Origin: an uncultured Bacillota bacterium
GTDB taxonomy: Bacteria; Bacillota; DTU025; MWDF01
Length of the DNA: 64,000 nucleotides
Direction of reading: 5' to 3'
Assembly (NCBI GenBank): GCA_963823655.1
Contig: CAWGMK010000012.1
Span: 103,028-167,027 of the forward strand
In this document: positions 52,307-63,202 of the stretch, one piece after another
Position numbering within the stretch: position 1 is the first letter of the stretch
Layout of the letters: each line of letters opens with the position of its first letter
Made by a program: the position numbers and the translations under genes
Notes under the pieces: generated by a model
The model's database searches: none
Seen by the model: only the letters and a program-made list of their open reading frames with translations
Told to the model about the DNA's origin: nothing

Positions 52307-52359
52307 CGCAGGAGAACATCAAGGGTATATTGAAGGTGATATATCAGTGATACATCGCC
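52303..52359 (+). promoter_or_regulatory. sigma70 promoter plus palindromic GntR-type operator
   Basis: TTGACG-N17-TATATT, then near-palindrome GGTGATATATCAGTGATACATCGCC (52335-52359). Confidence 0.65.
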
Positions 52360-52400
52360 AATATATCCCGATTTTTCAGCCGATGAAAGTGAGGGATAAC

Positions 52401-53036
52401 ATGGAATACAATTCTTTGAGCGAGAAAGCATATTACCTCGTAAAGGACATGATCCTCTCCTGCGACAAAGGCTCGTACATCAGCATGAGGGATGTGGCCC
52501 AGCAGATAGGTATGAGCTATACGCCTGTACGTGAGGCCTTCCAGAAGCTGAAGAGCGAAGGGCTGCTTGACCTGGAACCCAATGTGGGCTTCTTCGTACC
52601 CAAGCTCGACATAAAGGACCTGATGCAGATATACGAAGCCCGGGAATGCATGGAAAGCTTCGTCTTCGAGAGGGCCTTCGACCTGATAACCCCGCGCGAC
52701 ATCGAAGTACTCAAGGACAGCGTGGAGAAGCAGAGGCGGTTCCTGTCTGACGACCAGATAAGGGAGTACCTGAAAGAGGACGAGCGCTTCCACCTGGTGT
52801 TCTTCGAAACCTACAACAACCCTTACCTGACGGAGATGGCAAAGTCGATAAGGGCGAAATACCTGGTGTGCTCTAAGAGGATCAGGCAGGGCAGCGCAGT
52901 GGCCACGGTAGAGCACCTAAAGATGATAGAGCTCATAGAAAAGGGCGAGAAGGAAAAGGCGACGGAACTGATGCGCGAGCATGTGGCACAGGCGAAGCTC
53001 AGGATGATGGAAGGCTACATCGCCTACAACGGCTGA
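52401..53036 (+). CDS. GntR/FCD-family transcriptional regulator
   Basis: SYTPVREAFQKLKSEGLL, IYEARECME, DERFH, NNPYL, EHLKMIE, MREHV. Confidence 0.9.
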   Translation: MEYNSLSEKAYYLVKDMILSCDKGSYISMRDVAQQIGMSYTPVREAFQKLKSEGLLDLEPNVGFFVPKLDIKDLMQIYEARECMESFVFERAFDLITPRDIEVLKDSVEKQRRFLSDDQIREYLKEDERFHLVFFETYNNPYLTEMAKSIRAKYLVCSKRIRQGSAVATVEHLKMIELIEKGEKEKATELMREHVAQAKLRMMEGYIAYNG

Positions 53037-53237
53037 GCTGCCGAGAAAACGAAATAGCGGAGCCAACGGACCGCGCGGGCATCTAAATGAGCCCGCAAAA
53101 CTTGGGAACATACGCCTTGGAGGAGCTTGCTTCATCCGAGGCTGTAATACGGAATAAGTGGGAATCTGAGCCGACTCGAATAGCCGCATTCGTTACATAA
53201 CCGCAACCGGTAAGTATCGAAAGGGGAGACAGAGCAT

Positions 53238-53909
53238 ATGATTCACGTCCGTACCAAGATCGAAAGGCCGTCCGAGCAAGTCGTAAAGGCATTCAGGGGA
53301 ATGCCGTCCGCAACCATTCACGAAGCCTCCGGCCGAAAAGGCTACATCAACTCAACAATCAAGCCAATTACCAAAGGAATGAAGATATGCGGTCCCGCTT
53401 TCACGGTGCAATGTGCGCCCGGGGACAACCTCATGCTGCACAAGGCGTTAGAAAAGGCCCAGCCCGGAGACGTAATCGTGGCTTCCGTCGGAGGAGGATA
53501 CGACTATGGTTACTTCGGCGATCTTATGGCTGTATCTGCGCTCACCAGGAAGATCGAGGGCCTTGCAATAGACGGATGCGTAAGAGACGCGGACGACATA
53601 ATCGCCATGGGGTTCAACGTCTTCAGCCGCGGCCTTTGCATAAGGGGCACGGTAAAAGAGACTTTGGGGCTGGTCAACTATCCAATAGTGTTCGGAGGGC
53701 TGATGATCAACCCCGGCGATTTGATCGTGGGCGACGACGACGGCATGGTAGCTGTTGCGCTCAAAGATGTGGAGAGCGTACTGGAGAAGTCCATAAAGCG
53801 CACTGAAAATGAGGTATTGAAGGCCAAAGTGCTGGAAAGCGGAGTGTCGAGCGTGCAGAACAACAAGCTCGACGTCCTTTTCGAGTCGCTGGGGCTCGTG
53901 GAGGAATAA
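53238..53909 (+). CDS. RraA / HMG-CHA aldolase family protein
   Basis: GPAFTV..PGDNLMLH, YFGDLM, IDGCVRD, PGDLIVGDDDG. Confidence 0.85.
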   Translation: MIHVRTKIERPSEQVVKAFRGMPSATIHEASGRKGYINSTIKPITKGMKICGPAFTVQCAPGDNLMLHKALEKAQPGDVIVASVGGGYDYGYFGDLMAVSALTRKIEGLAIDGCVRDADDIIAMGFNVFSRGLCIRGTVKETLGLVNYPIVFGGLMINPGDLIVGDDDGMVAVALKDVESVLEKSIKRTENEVLKAKVLESGVSSVQNNKLDVLFESLGLVEE

Positions 53910-53910
53910 C

Positions 53911-54954
53911 ATGAAACTGGACTCGTTGAAACTGACTGAAGCTGCAACCGCTGTGCTCACCGGCCTCGGGGAGAGCCCGGTTGATGCCGCCGTTGCCGCA
54001 GAGTGCCTTGTCTACGCCGATATGACCGGGGTATCGACCCACGGAACTTACCTGCTAAAGAATGTATACGAGCGTGTGAACTCGAAGATGCTGAACCTGC
54101 CTACAAAGGCGAAGGTAACATCCAATTCAGGCGCTACAGCCTCAATCGACGGCAATAACGGGCTGGGCCCGGTTGCGTGTTCACTAGCTATGCAGAAGGC
54201 CATAGAGAAGGCCAAGCAGTTCGGCATCAGCATCGTACTCGTTAAAGATACCAACAACGTAGGCTGCCTTGGCTACTACACGAACCTGGCGGCAAGGCAC
54301 GGAATGGTCGGCCTCATGGCTGGCAACGCCAATGCAGCGATGGCACCCTGGGGAGGCTCCGAAGCCTATTTCGGCACCAATCCCGTATCGGTCGCAATAC
54401 CGGTCCAGGGGGCGGCGCCCATAGTGCTCGACATGGCGTCGAGCCTTGTTGCAAGGGGCAAGATCAGGAAGGCGTCCAGGGAGAAGAAGCAGATACCGCT
54501 CGGCTGGGCTATAGACAGCGAGGGCAGGCCGACGACTGATCCCGACGTCGCGCTTAAGGGCACTCTTCTACCGATGGGCGGGCCCAAGGGCTCAGGCCTT
54601 GCGATAATAGTGGACCTTCTAGCAGGTGTGCTGGCCGGCGCCAAGTACGGCCCCGCCGTAAAGAGCTTCCACAGCCCGGACGGACCTACAGGAGTAGGCG
54701 CGCTATGTGTAGCGCTAGATCCTACGAGGTTCATGGTTTCGTCCCAGTTCCAGGGCGAAGTCGCGGAATACATCAAGGATATGAAGGGCATGAAGAAGGC
54801 CGAAGGGCACAGCGCCATCTATGCCCCGGGTGAGATAGAGGCCTCGAAATGGGAGGCCGCGTCCAAGGGCGGGGTAGAGCTGGACGATGCCGCCGTATCG
54901 GCGATAAACGACCTGCTTTCCAAAGTGGGCTCCAGCATGGTACTTGGAGGCTGA
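53911..54954 (+). CDS. Ldh_2-family (ComC/AllD/YiaK-like) oxidoreductase
   Basis: ADMTGVSTHG, FGTNPVS, LDMASS, GGPKGSGL, YAPGE. Confidence 0.88.
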   Translation: MKLDSLKLTEAATAVLTGLGESPVDAAVAAECLVYADMTGVSTHGTYLLKNVYERVNSKMLNLPTKAKVTSNSGATASIDGNNGLGPVACSLAMQKAIEKAKQFGISIVLVKDTNNVGCLGYYTNLAARHGMVGLMAGNANAAMAPWGGSEAYFGTNPVSVAIPVQGAAPIVLDMASSLVARGKIRKASREKKQIPLGWAIDSEGRPTTDPDVALKGTLLPMGGPKGSGLAIIVDLLAGVLAGAKYGPAVKSFHSPDGPTGVGALCVALDPTRFMVSSQFQGEVAEYIKDMKGMKKAEGHSAIYAPGEIEASKWEAASKGGVELDDAAVSAINDLLSKVGSSMVLGG

Positions 54955-54958
54955 TTGC

Positions 54959-56690
54959 ATGGAATGGATCGTAAGGGTAGACACTAAGACAGGCCTTGTA
55001 AGGAAGGAAAAAGCCACCGCCGAGGAAATGGGCTGGGGCGGCAGGCTTCTCATAGCCAAGATCCTTCTCAGGGAAGTGCCGCCGACGTGCGAGCCTCTGG
55101 GCAGGCACAACAAGCTGATATTCTCATCGGGCCTTCTGGCAGACACGCCGGTTACGACGACCGGGCAGCTGTCGGTCGGAGGCAAGAGCCCGCTGACAGG
55201 CGGCGTAAAGGAGAGCAACACGGGAGGCTTCGCCGGCAAGAGGCTGGCCAAGCTCGGCATCAGGGCGCTCATCCTCGAAAATGCGCCGAGCAAGCCCACA
55301 TCCAGGCTCCTTTATGTGAGCAATGACAAGATAGAGCTGATAGACGCCCCGGAGCTCAAAGGGCTCATGGTAGGGGATACGTTCAAGGCGCTCAGGGGCA
55401 AGTTCGGCAAGGGCGCCGGCATCATATGCATAGGCCCCGCCGGCGAGATGATGATGTACGGCGCAGGCATAGCAGTCACTGATGACGCCGACGTCCAGGT
55501 AAGATACGCTGCGCGCGGCGGCCTGGGAGCTTTGATGGGCTCCAAGGGCGTCAAGGCCGTAATCGTAAATGACGCGGGGGCTCCTGCTCCTGTATTCGCA
55601 GACCGCGACCTTCTCATGAAGGGCTCAAAAGACCTGATAGACGGGATCATGTCGGACCCCAAGACCGAGAACCGCCACATGTTCGGAACGCCTGCGATAT
55701 TGGATTTGCGAACCGCTCCGGAATTCTTCCGACTAGAAACTTCAGCGCCGGCTCCTTTGAGCACGCTGACGTCATTAACGGTGCGTATGTGAGGGAGACG
55801 ATAGCAAAACGCGGGGGCGACGGCCGCTCGGGCACAGCTTGTGTTGCAGGCTGCGCGATCAAGTGCAGCAATGTATGGCCCGATCCTACAGGCAAGAAGA
55901 TAGTAGCCTCCGTCCAGTACGAGAACATCGCGCTATCTCGGTTCCAACTGCGGCGTGGGGAGCATGGACGACATTGCAGAGATGAATGACCTCTGCAACC
56001 AGGTGGGCGTCGACGCGATAGAGACGGGCGCCGCAATCGGTGTGGCTATGGAAGCCGGCGTCATCGAATTCGGAGACGCTGAGGGCGCGAAGGATTTAAT
56101 AAGGCAGATTGGCAAGGGCACCTACCTGGGCAGGATACTCGGGCACGGCGCCGTCATCACCGGAAGGCTTCTTGGCAACAGGCGCGTACCTGCTATAAAA
56201 GGCCAGGCGATACCCGGTTACGACCCGAGATCGCTCAAGGGCAACGGGGTAACCTATGTGACTTCCCCGATGGGCGCCGACCACACCGCGGGCAATGCGT
56301 TCGAAACCCTCAACTCTATAAACCCCACAGGGCGCGAGAAGCAGGTCGAATCATCCAGGATGCTGCAGGTAAGAGCCGCTATGCTGGACTCTTTGGGGCT
56401 TTGCCTGTTCACAAGGCCGCCGATTAGGAAGAACCCGCAGATACTGCTCGATATCCTTAAGGGCAGGTACGGAGCGCGACTACGCCATCAAGGACGCAAG
56501 AAGGATCGGCGAGGACTGCCTGGATGCCGAAAGGGAGTTCAACAAGCGGGCCGGGGTCAACGAGGAATTCTACCCCATGCCCGAGTTCATACAGGATGAA
56601 GCGCTTCCTCCGACCAACGCCGTGTTCGACATAACAATCGAGGAGATGGCCAAGGTCTGGGACGTGAAGCTGGGCGAAAACGACATATAA
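54959..56690 (+). CDS. aldehyde:ferredoxin oxidoreductase family (W/Mo); 3 frameshifts
   Basis: KSPLTGGVKESNTGG, IGPAGE, ARGGLGALMGSKGVKA, C..GC.I.C, QYE, G.DAIETG, PMGADH. Confidence 0.88.
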
Positions 56691-56751
56691 TAGGCTTCAA
56701 CCTGGCGCCTAAGCCGGCGCCTTAGCATTAAAGCGAAGGGTGGTACGGTAG

Positions 56752-57501
56752 ATGGAACTCAAGGACAAGGTAGTCATCGTAACCGGAGCGGCAAAGGGAC
56801 TGGGCAAGGCGATAGCTGAGAAGTGCTTCGCCGAGGGCGCCAAAGTGGCGCTGTGGGACGTAGCCTTCGACGGGGTGAAAGCGGGAGCCCTCGAGCTCGA
56901 CAAGACCGGGAAGAAGGCCAAGGCATACGAAGTGGATATCACTGACGAGAAGTCGGTCGAAAAGGCTATGGCGAAGACTGTAAAGGAACTCAAGAGAGTC
57001 GATGTGCTGGTCAACAACGCCGGCATATCCCAGCATAAGAAGATCGAGGAGATGACGCTCGAGATATTCGAGAGGGTCATGAAGGTAAACGTAACCGGCA
57101 CCTTCCTTTGCTGCAAGGCTGCGGCCGCGGTAATGAAGGAGCAGAAGTCGGGCAAGATAGTGAATATCGCATCTTTGGGCGCCAGGACAGGCAGGCCGGG
57201 AGTGGGCATCAACTACGCCGCCTCCAAGTCGGCCGTATTGGGCATCACCCAGACCCTGGCAAGGGAACTCGGCCCCAGCGGCATCTATGTCAATGCAATT
57301 TGCCCCGGCCCGATCCTCACCGAGCAGACCAAGCAGTACCCTCCCGAAGTGTTCGCGTCGTGGAACGTGGGCCGCGCAATCATAAAAGACGGGCTTCCTG
57401 AGGACGTCGCGGACGCCGTAATATTCCTCGCCTCCGACAAATCGGCCTGGATTACCGGTGTTACGCTCGATGTCAACGGCGGCATCCTTATAAGAGGCTA
57501 G
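56752..57501 (+). CDS. short-chain dehydrogenase/reductase
   Basis: TGAAKGLG, NNAG, YAASK, NAICPG. Confidence 0.92.
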   Translation: MELKDKVVIVTGAAKGLGKAIAEKCFAEGAKVALWDVAFDGVKAGALELDKTGKKAKAYEVDITDEKSVEKAMAKTVKELKRVDVLVNNAGISQHKKIEEMTLEIFERVMKVNVTGTFLCCKAAAAVMKEQKSGKIVNIASLGARTGRPGVGINYAASKSAVLGITQTLARELGPSGIYVNAICPGPILTEQTKQYPPEVFASWNVGRAIIKDGLPEDVADAVIFLASDKSAWITGVTLDVNGGILIRG

Positions 57502-57529
57502 ATAATAATACATAGATAGGAGGCGGAAA

Positions 57530-57892
57530 ATGAGCGGACTGAAATGGGTCGACATAAAGAATGTCGAAGGACAGCTGCGAGAGCCCCCCAGAAAGTCCTG
57601 GATCCTGGTATCTGAGGCGACTTGCGGTGCACAGAACCTGGCCATGGGCGTCAACGAAACATATCCGGGCGGCATGGTCCCTGAGCATAAGCACGAGAAG
57701 GAAGAAGAGGTAATGTACTTCCTTTCCGGCAAGGGCAAGTTCATAACGAAGGACCAGGAGATAGACCTTCACGAGGGGATCTGCGTCTATAACCCGCCGG
57801 GAGAGATGCATAAGATAGTCAATACGGGGGACGAAGTCCTGAAGTTCGTGTGGATCTACTCCCCGCAGCTGGACAGCCACAGGAAAAAATAA
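57530..57892 (+). CDS. cupin domain protein
   Basis: PEHKHEKEEEVMYFLSGKG and PPGEMHKIVNTG. Confidence 0.88.
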   Translation: MSGLKWVDIKNVEGQLREPPRKSWILVSEATCGAQNLAMGVNETYPGGMVPEHKHEKEEEVMYFLSGKGKFITKDQEIDLHEGICVYNPPGEMHKIVNTGDEVLKFVWIYSPQLDSHRKK

Positions 57893-57909
57893 GCGTTGAG
57901 GTGAATGAA

Positions 57910-58875
57910 ATGGGCAACTGGAATCTCCCGCGCAGGGAGGGGCATATGGACAGGCCCTCCAAGATCTACTTCCAGACGATGACCAAATATGACGTGGAGG
58001 ACAGGCTCAAGAAGAACGACATCCTTATAGTGCCTATCGGCTCCACGGAGAACCACGGCAAGGCGGGACCGTACGGCGAGGATACTTTCCTGGTGACGAG
58101 GATGGCCGAGATGGTCGCCGAGCGCACCGGATGCACGGTGGCAGAGCCGCTATGGTACGGATCCCATCCCTTCAAGCACATCGGCCAGCCCGGCACGGTG
58201 GCGATACCGGATGACGTATTCAACGCCTATATCAGGTCGATGATATCCGGCTTCTGGAACACGGGCTTCCGCAAGCAGATATTCATAAGCCTGCACGGCC
58301 AGGAGTACGCAATACCTTCAGCGCTCCAGGAGTGGGGCAAGAAGTTCCAGGTGCCCGCAGTGCTCATCTTCCTGGACCTGCCCAGGGTAATGGGACAGAC
58401 TCTCATGGACAAGGCCCACGGCGGCCCGTTCGAGACACCCTTCCAGCATGCCGACGAGGCCGAGACCTCCCTTTCGCTTGCGCTGTTCCCCGAGCTTTGC
58501 GACATGGCGCACGCTGAGGACACAACCGTCCACGGCTTCCTGCCGGCAGGGCATGTAGACAGGGGCGGGGACATCTACGGAAACCCGATACCCGGACATT
58601 GCCATGTAGGCTGAAGCGGCATCGAGTGCATCGAGTACCCGGAGGGCGTCCTTGGCAAGGCGACACTGGCCGAGGCAACCAAGGCTTACAGCGCAGTGGA
58701 AAGAGTCTGCGATTACATGGTCAAGCTGCACGACGACATAATGGCGAAGTTCCCCGTCGGCGTGCTTCCTCCAATCGACATGGTAACGCAGAGGGACAAA
58801 GAGACAGTAGAAGCCATACTAAAGGGCCCCGAAAAGGGCGGCAAGCACCTTTACATACTCGGCTGGCCATCCTAA
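57910..58875 (+). CDS. creatininase-family IolN-like (3-dehydro-scyllo-inosose hydrolase-like) protein with in-frame UGA at 58612-58614
   Basis: IYFQTMT, PIGSTENHG, GEDTFLVTRMAE, GFWNTGFRKQI, HADEAETS; homology resumes in the same frame after TGA (YPEGVLGKATLA...FPVGVLPP) to TAA 58875. Confidence 0.85.
58627..58657 (+). promoter_or_regulatory. possible bacterial SECIS-like hairpin
   Basis: imperfect hand-folded stem with a GGAG apical loop 26 nt 3' of the UGA. Confidence 0.35.
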
Positions 58876-59133
58876 TAGGGTAAAACGGGGGAAGCCCCGC
58901 GCGGAGAACAAACAAATGAGGGACGTAATGCGTCGTCATTAGTGCCGGGGTTAATAAGCTAAGATGCGGAATAGTCAAAACTTGAGAACTAACTGCGCCC
59001 CGGTTTCGAAAGGCGGCAACGTACATAAAGAACCCGAAATGGTTAAGAGGTTTATGAGTGTTGCGTCAAGTAGAATGGTAGCTCGCACCCAAGAAGATCC
59101 AGAGTAATCCAAATTACAAGGAGGGAAATCGAA

Positions 59134-60159
59134 ATGAAGCGGAACCTGCTAATTAGAGTACTTGTAGTAGGCATGATTCTCGCAATGTTCGCACTTTCCA
59201 CGACTGGTATCGCGGCCACCAAGGTTATCCTGAAACTGGCACACGCTGACGCAGTAGACATCACGACCTCAAGAAAGCATGCGCAGTGCATAGCGTTCGC
59301 CAACATGGTAAACGCCCAGAGCGGCGGCAGGCTTGAAGTACAGGTCTTCGGAGCAGGCCAGCTCGGCGCCGAGCGCGAGTACGTCGAAGCAGTGCAGGCC
59401 GGAACAGTCCAGGCAGGCATCGCATCGGGCGTCATCGGAAGCTTCTTCAAAGAGTCCATGATAACCGACATCCCGTACCTCTTCCCGTCCGCAACAGTAG
59501 CATGGGAAGTCCTTGACGGCCCGTTCGGCCAGAAGCTGTCAGACATGTTCCTGGCTCGCACCGGCATGAGGAACCTCGCATTCGCCGAAGTCGGCTTCAG
59601 GCATTTCACCAACTCCAAGAGGCCCATCAAGTCACCCGAAGACGTAAAAGGCCTCAAGGTAAGAGTACAGGAGACCCCCGTTTACGTAACCCTGATCAAG
59701 TCATTGGGCGGAAGCCCCACCCCTATCGCATGGACCGAGACCTACACAGCGCTTCAGACCAAGGTCGTCGACGGACATGAGAACCCGATCTCCACGATAG
59801 TGTTCGCGAAGATCTACGAAGTCCAGAAGTATCTGACCCTCGACGGCCACGTATACGGCGTCGACTGGTTCGTAATCAACGAGAAGTTCCTGAAGAGCCT
59901 CGATGCGGACCTCCAGGAAATAGTCAAGGAAGCAGCCAAAGTGTCGGCCACAGTAGGGCGCGGCATGCAGCAGCTCCTGTCAGCGACAGGCCTTGAGACC
60001 TGCGCAAAGAACGGCATGGAGATCTACCAGCCGACAGCAGCCCAGATGGCCGAGTTCAAGAAGGCCACCCAGCAGCCGGTAGTAGATTACCTCAAGACCC
60101 AAGTAGATCCCAAGTTGATTGACGAGCTGCTCAAGGCAGTCGCAGACGCATCGAAATAA
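59134..60159 (+). CDS. dctP: TRAP substrate-binding protein DctP
   Basis: signal peptide, GQLGAERE, GFRHFTN, GLKVRVQE, YTALQTKVVDGHENP. Confidence 0.93.
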   Translation: MKRNLLIRVLVVGMILAMFALSTTGIAATKVILKLAHADAVDITTSRKHAQCIAFANMVNAQSGGRLEVQVFGAGQLGAEREYVEAVQAGTVQAGIASGVIGSFFKESMITDIPYLFPSATVAWEVLDGPFGQKLSDMFLARTGMRNLAFAEVGFRHFTNSKRPIKSPEDVKGLKVRVQETPVYVTLIKSLGGSPTPIAWTETYTALQTKVVDGHENPISTIVFAKIYEVQKYLTLDGHVYGVDWFVINEKFLKSLDADLQEIVKEAAKVSATVGRGMQQLLSATGLETCAKNGMEIYQPTAAQMAEFKKATQQPVVDYLKTQVDPKLIDELLKAVADASK

Positions 60160-60180
60160 CCTGAAAGAATAATGGTTGAT

Positions 60181-60208
60181 GCCGGGGAGGGGTTACACCT
60201 TCCCCGGC
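60181..60208 (+). other. intercistronic hairpin after dctP (mRNA stabiliser-type)
   Basis: GCCGGGGAGG/CCTTCCCCGGC with no U tail. Confidence 0.55.
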
Positions 60209-60329
60209 GCGCAAAATGCGTTACCCGTAAATGCATTATGTGTAAAGAAAGTTCGCATAGATGCGTTCGCAAAGTTGCGTTGGTCAGCCAGCATTCCTTC
60301 GGAAGCGCTAAATAAGTGAGGTATTTGCT

Positions 60330-60812
60330 ATGCGGATAATCAAATGGTTCTACGACAATATCAACAGGGTGGTTGATTATCTCATCGTAGGAATCCTTAT
60401 CCTAATGATCATCGATGTCTCGGTCGGCGTGTTCTACCGTTATGTCCTCAACAACGCAATAGCCTGGGTAGAGGAAGTATCAAGGTATCTAATGATATGG
60501 GTCGCATATCTTTCCATGGGCATGGTCCTAAGAGACGAGCAGCACGTAGGCGTGGAGTTCGTCGTAAACTGGCTGCCCGCCGGCGGAAGGAAAGTAGTGA
60601 AAATCGTCTCACATATCGTAATTGGGATATTCCTCTTTGTGGTATTCACTGAAGCCGTCAAATACACAAGGATTTTAAGCATACAGAGATCACCTGCGAC
60701 CCAGGTGCCGATGGTATACCCATATCTTGCTGTCACGATCGGTGCTTTCCTGATGTTCATGGAGAATGTGAAGCTCCTGGTCGATTATTCAACGGGCAAG
60801 AAAACCCGATAA
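60330..60812 (+). CDS. dctQ: TRAP small permease DctQ
   Basis: VFYRYVLN..WVEEVSRYLMIW, HVGVE. Confidence 0.9.
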   Translation: MRIIKWFYDNINRVVDYLIVGILILMIIDVSVGVFYRYVLNNAIAWVEEVSRYLMIWVAYLSMGMVLRDEQHVGVEFVVNWLPAGGRKVVKIVSHIVIGIFLFVVFTEAVKYTRILSIQRSPATQVPMVYPYLAVTIGAFLMFMENVKLLVDYSTGKKTR

Positions 60813-60834
60813 ACGAAAGGAGCGATGAGATAAT

Positions 60835-62114
60835 ATGGTCTACGGCTTTTTCGCATTCTTCGTGACAATGTTGGCCGGCATACCTATCGGCTTTGGCCTT
60901 GGTATAGGCTCATTGGTGACACTGCTGGCAAAAGGATATGGATTAAGCACGATAGCGGCAAGGATGTTCACAGGCGTGGACAACTTCCCTATCATGGCTA
61001 TACCTTTCTTCTGCATAGCCGGCGACTTGATGGGCGAGACGGGCATAACGCAGAGATTGGTCAAGTTCGCAGATACCCTGGTCGGGCATATCAGAGGCGG
61101 CCTTGGGCACGTCAATGTCGTCGCCGAGTGCTTCTTCTCCGGAATCACCGGCTCTGCGATAGCGGACGCCTCTGCTCTCGGGTCAATGCTCATACCTTCA
61201 ATGGTAGAGAAGGGCTTTGATGTGGGCTTCAGCGCGGCCGTGGTCGCATCTGCCTCCGTAATCGGGCCGATCATCCCGCCCAGCATACCTTTCGTCGTAT
61301 ACGGGCTGATTACCGGCGTCTCCGTCGGAGGCCTGTTCATGGCCGGATTGGTGCCGGGCGTTATCCTTGCAGTAGGGCTTATGATCGTCATCTATATAAT
61401 CTCCATCAGGAGAGGGTATCCTGCGAACAGCAGGAGGGCGACTCTTAAGGAGATCATAGTTGCCACCTACAAAGCGATGGTTGCACTCGCAATGCCGATT
61501 ATCATTCTCGGCGGAATAATGGCGGCATATTCACCGCCACCGAAGCATCTGCCGTTGCCGTGGTCTACGCTCTGTTCATCGGCTTCGTCGTTTTCAGGAA
61601 CCTGAAGCTCAGCAAGCTGCCCAAGTTGCTTCTGAACTCCTCAAGGACAATGGGTATAGTGTTCCTGGTAATGGCGACCGCGAACATATTCAACTGGTTG
61701 ATGGCGATCGAACAGATACCTCAGAAAGTCTCCATAGCGCTTACTTCCCAGGTATCTAACCCTGCGATTCTTCTTTTGATAATCAACGCGGTATTGCTTG
61801 TCCTCGGCTGCTTCATGGAAGGCACAGCCGCGATGGTACTTACAGTGCCGATAATTCTCGAGATCATGAAGGGCTCAGGGATACACCCCATAATGCTGGG
61901 CATAATCATCGTCTTGAACCTGATGATAGGCCTTATCACTCCGCCACTCGGGCTGAGCTTGTATGTAAGCTGTAGCATGGCGAAGATTTCGCTTGATAGG
62001 ATCTCGCGACAAATCTGGCCTTTTGTCATCGTCGAGGTCATCGTCCTGCTGATGGTCACATATATCGAACCTATCAGCATGTGGTTGCCTAGGCTGACTG
62101 GATTCGCCCGATAG
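60835..62114 (+). CDS. dctM: TRAP large permease DctM; frameshift near 61520
   Basis: AIPFF, RGGLGHV, GSAIAD, IGPIIPPSI, IGLITPPLG. Confidence 0.92.
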
Positions 62115-62165
62115 GCAAAGTGATAAAGACAATCGAGGGAATTTCTCTCGAAAAGGATGTGTAAT

Positions 62166-63201
62166 ATGAAGGCAATTATCAAGTACAGCGCTGAACCCGG
62201 AGACATGAGGGTAATGGACGTTCCCGTTCCCAAACCAGGGCCTGGCGAGATTCTAGTGCAGATCAAGGCGACCGGCATTTGCTACAGCGACATTTCCATC
62301 CTTGACGGCAAGTACAAAGGTCGCAAGCCCGTGCCTTACCCGATGGTGATGGGGCATGAGGGCGCAGGTGTAGTCGTAGAGCTTGGAGCCGGCGTTTCGG
62401 ATGTCGCCGTAGGCGACAGGGTCGGTTTTGAGGTCCTGTTCGGCTGCGGCAAATGCGAAAACTGCAGGAACGGCAACAAGAACATGTGCTCTGACTGGGG
62501 ACATTACGGCATCACTACAGACGGCACTTTCGCAGAGTACATCAAAATAAAGTCGGAACTGGCCCACAAGCTTCCCGATAACGTATCCTTCGCCAATGCG
62601 GCATTCCTTGAGCCGATAAGCCTTACAGTCAGGTCCATCAGCCATGTGAAGCCACTTGTGGGCGACACCGCGTGCAATAATCGGCCCCGGTTCCATAGGG
62701 CTTCTGCACTTGCAGGCTCTTAAGTCCGCAGGCTGTGCCAAAGTTATCATGATCGGCATAGAGAAGGACACCTTCAGGTTCGAAATAGCCAAGAAGCTGG
62801 GAGCTGACCATTGCATAACAATCGGCAAGGAGGATCCCGTCGCCAAGGTCAGGGAGTATACGAAGGGACTGGGCGCCGATGTAGTCATCGAGACGGCAAG
62901 CCATCCTTCCGCCATCGGCCTTGCAATCGACGTCGCCGCATCCAAAGGCCGCATCTCTGCATTCGGGCTTTATCCTGAAGCAACTATAAGGCCGATACAG
63001 ATCATCCGTGAAGGCCTGACTATCTACGGAGACGTGGCTCTTCTGCAAAAGCATTTCCTCAGGGCAATAAGATGGGTGGAGTACAGGAAGGTGCTTGCCA
63101 CTCCGATTATAACCAGGAGATACAAGCTTGAGCAGGCTGCTGAGGCCGTAGCGGCCTTCAGGTTATTACTCCTGAATAGAAAACTATTGCATCTATTTTA
63201 A
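62166..63201 (+). CDS. zinc-binding (MDR) dehydrogenase; frameshift near 62673, C-terminus cut at about 63162
   Basis: GICYSD, GHEGAG, CGKCENC...C, GPGSIG; the last ~12 codons come from AT-rich foreign sequence. Confidence 0.85.
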
Positions 63202-63202
63202 A

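Noticed and set aside
57910-58875. Genome-wide UGA reassignment (code 4/25) explaining the read-through
   Set aside because: Many intact genes here end at TGA (trkA, trkH, gntR, MFS, Ldh_2) and TGG/GGN are used normally.
58876-59133. ncRNA in the spacer before dctP
   Set aside because: Only short weak hairpins; no promoter/terminator pair or known motif.
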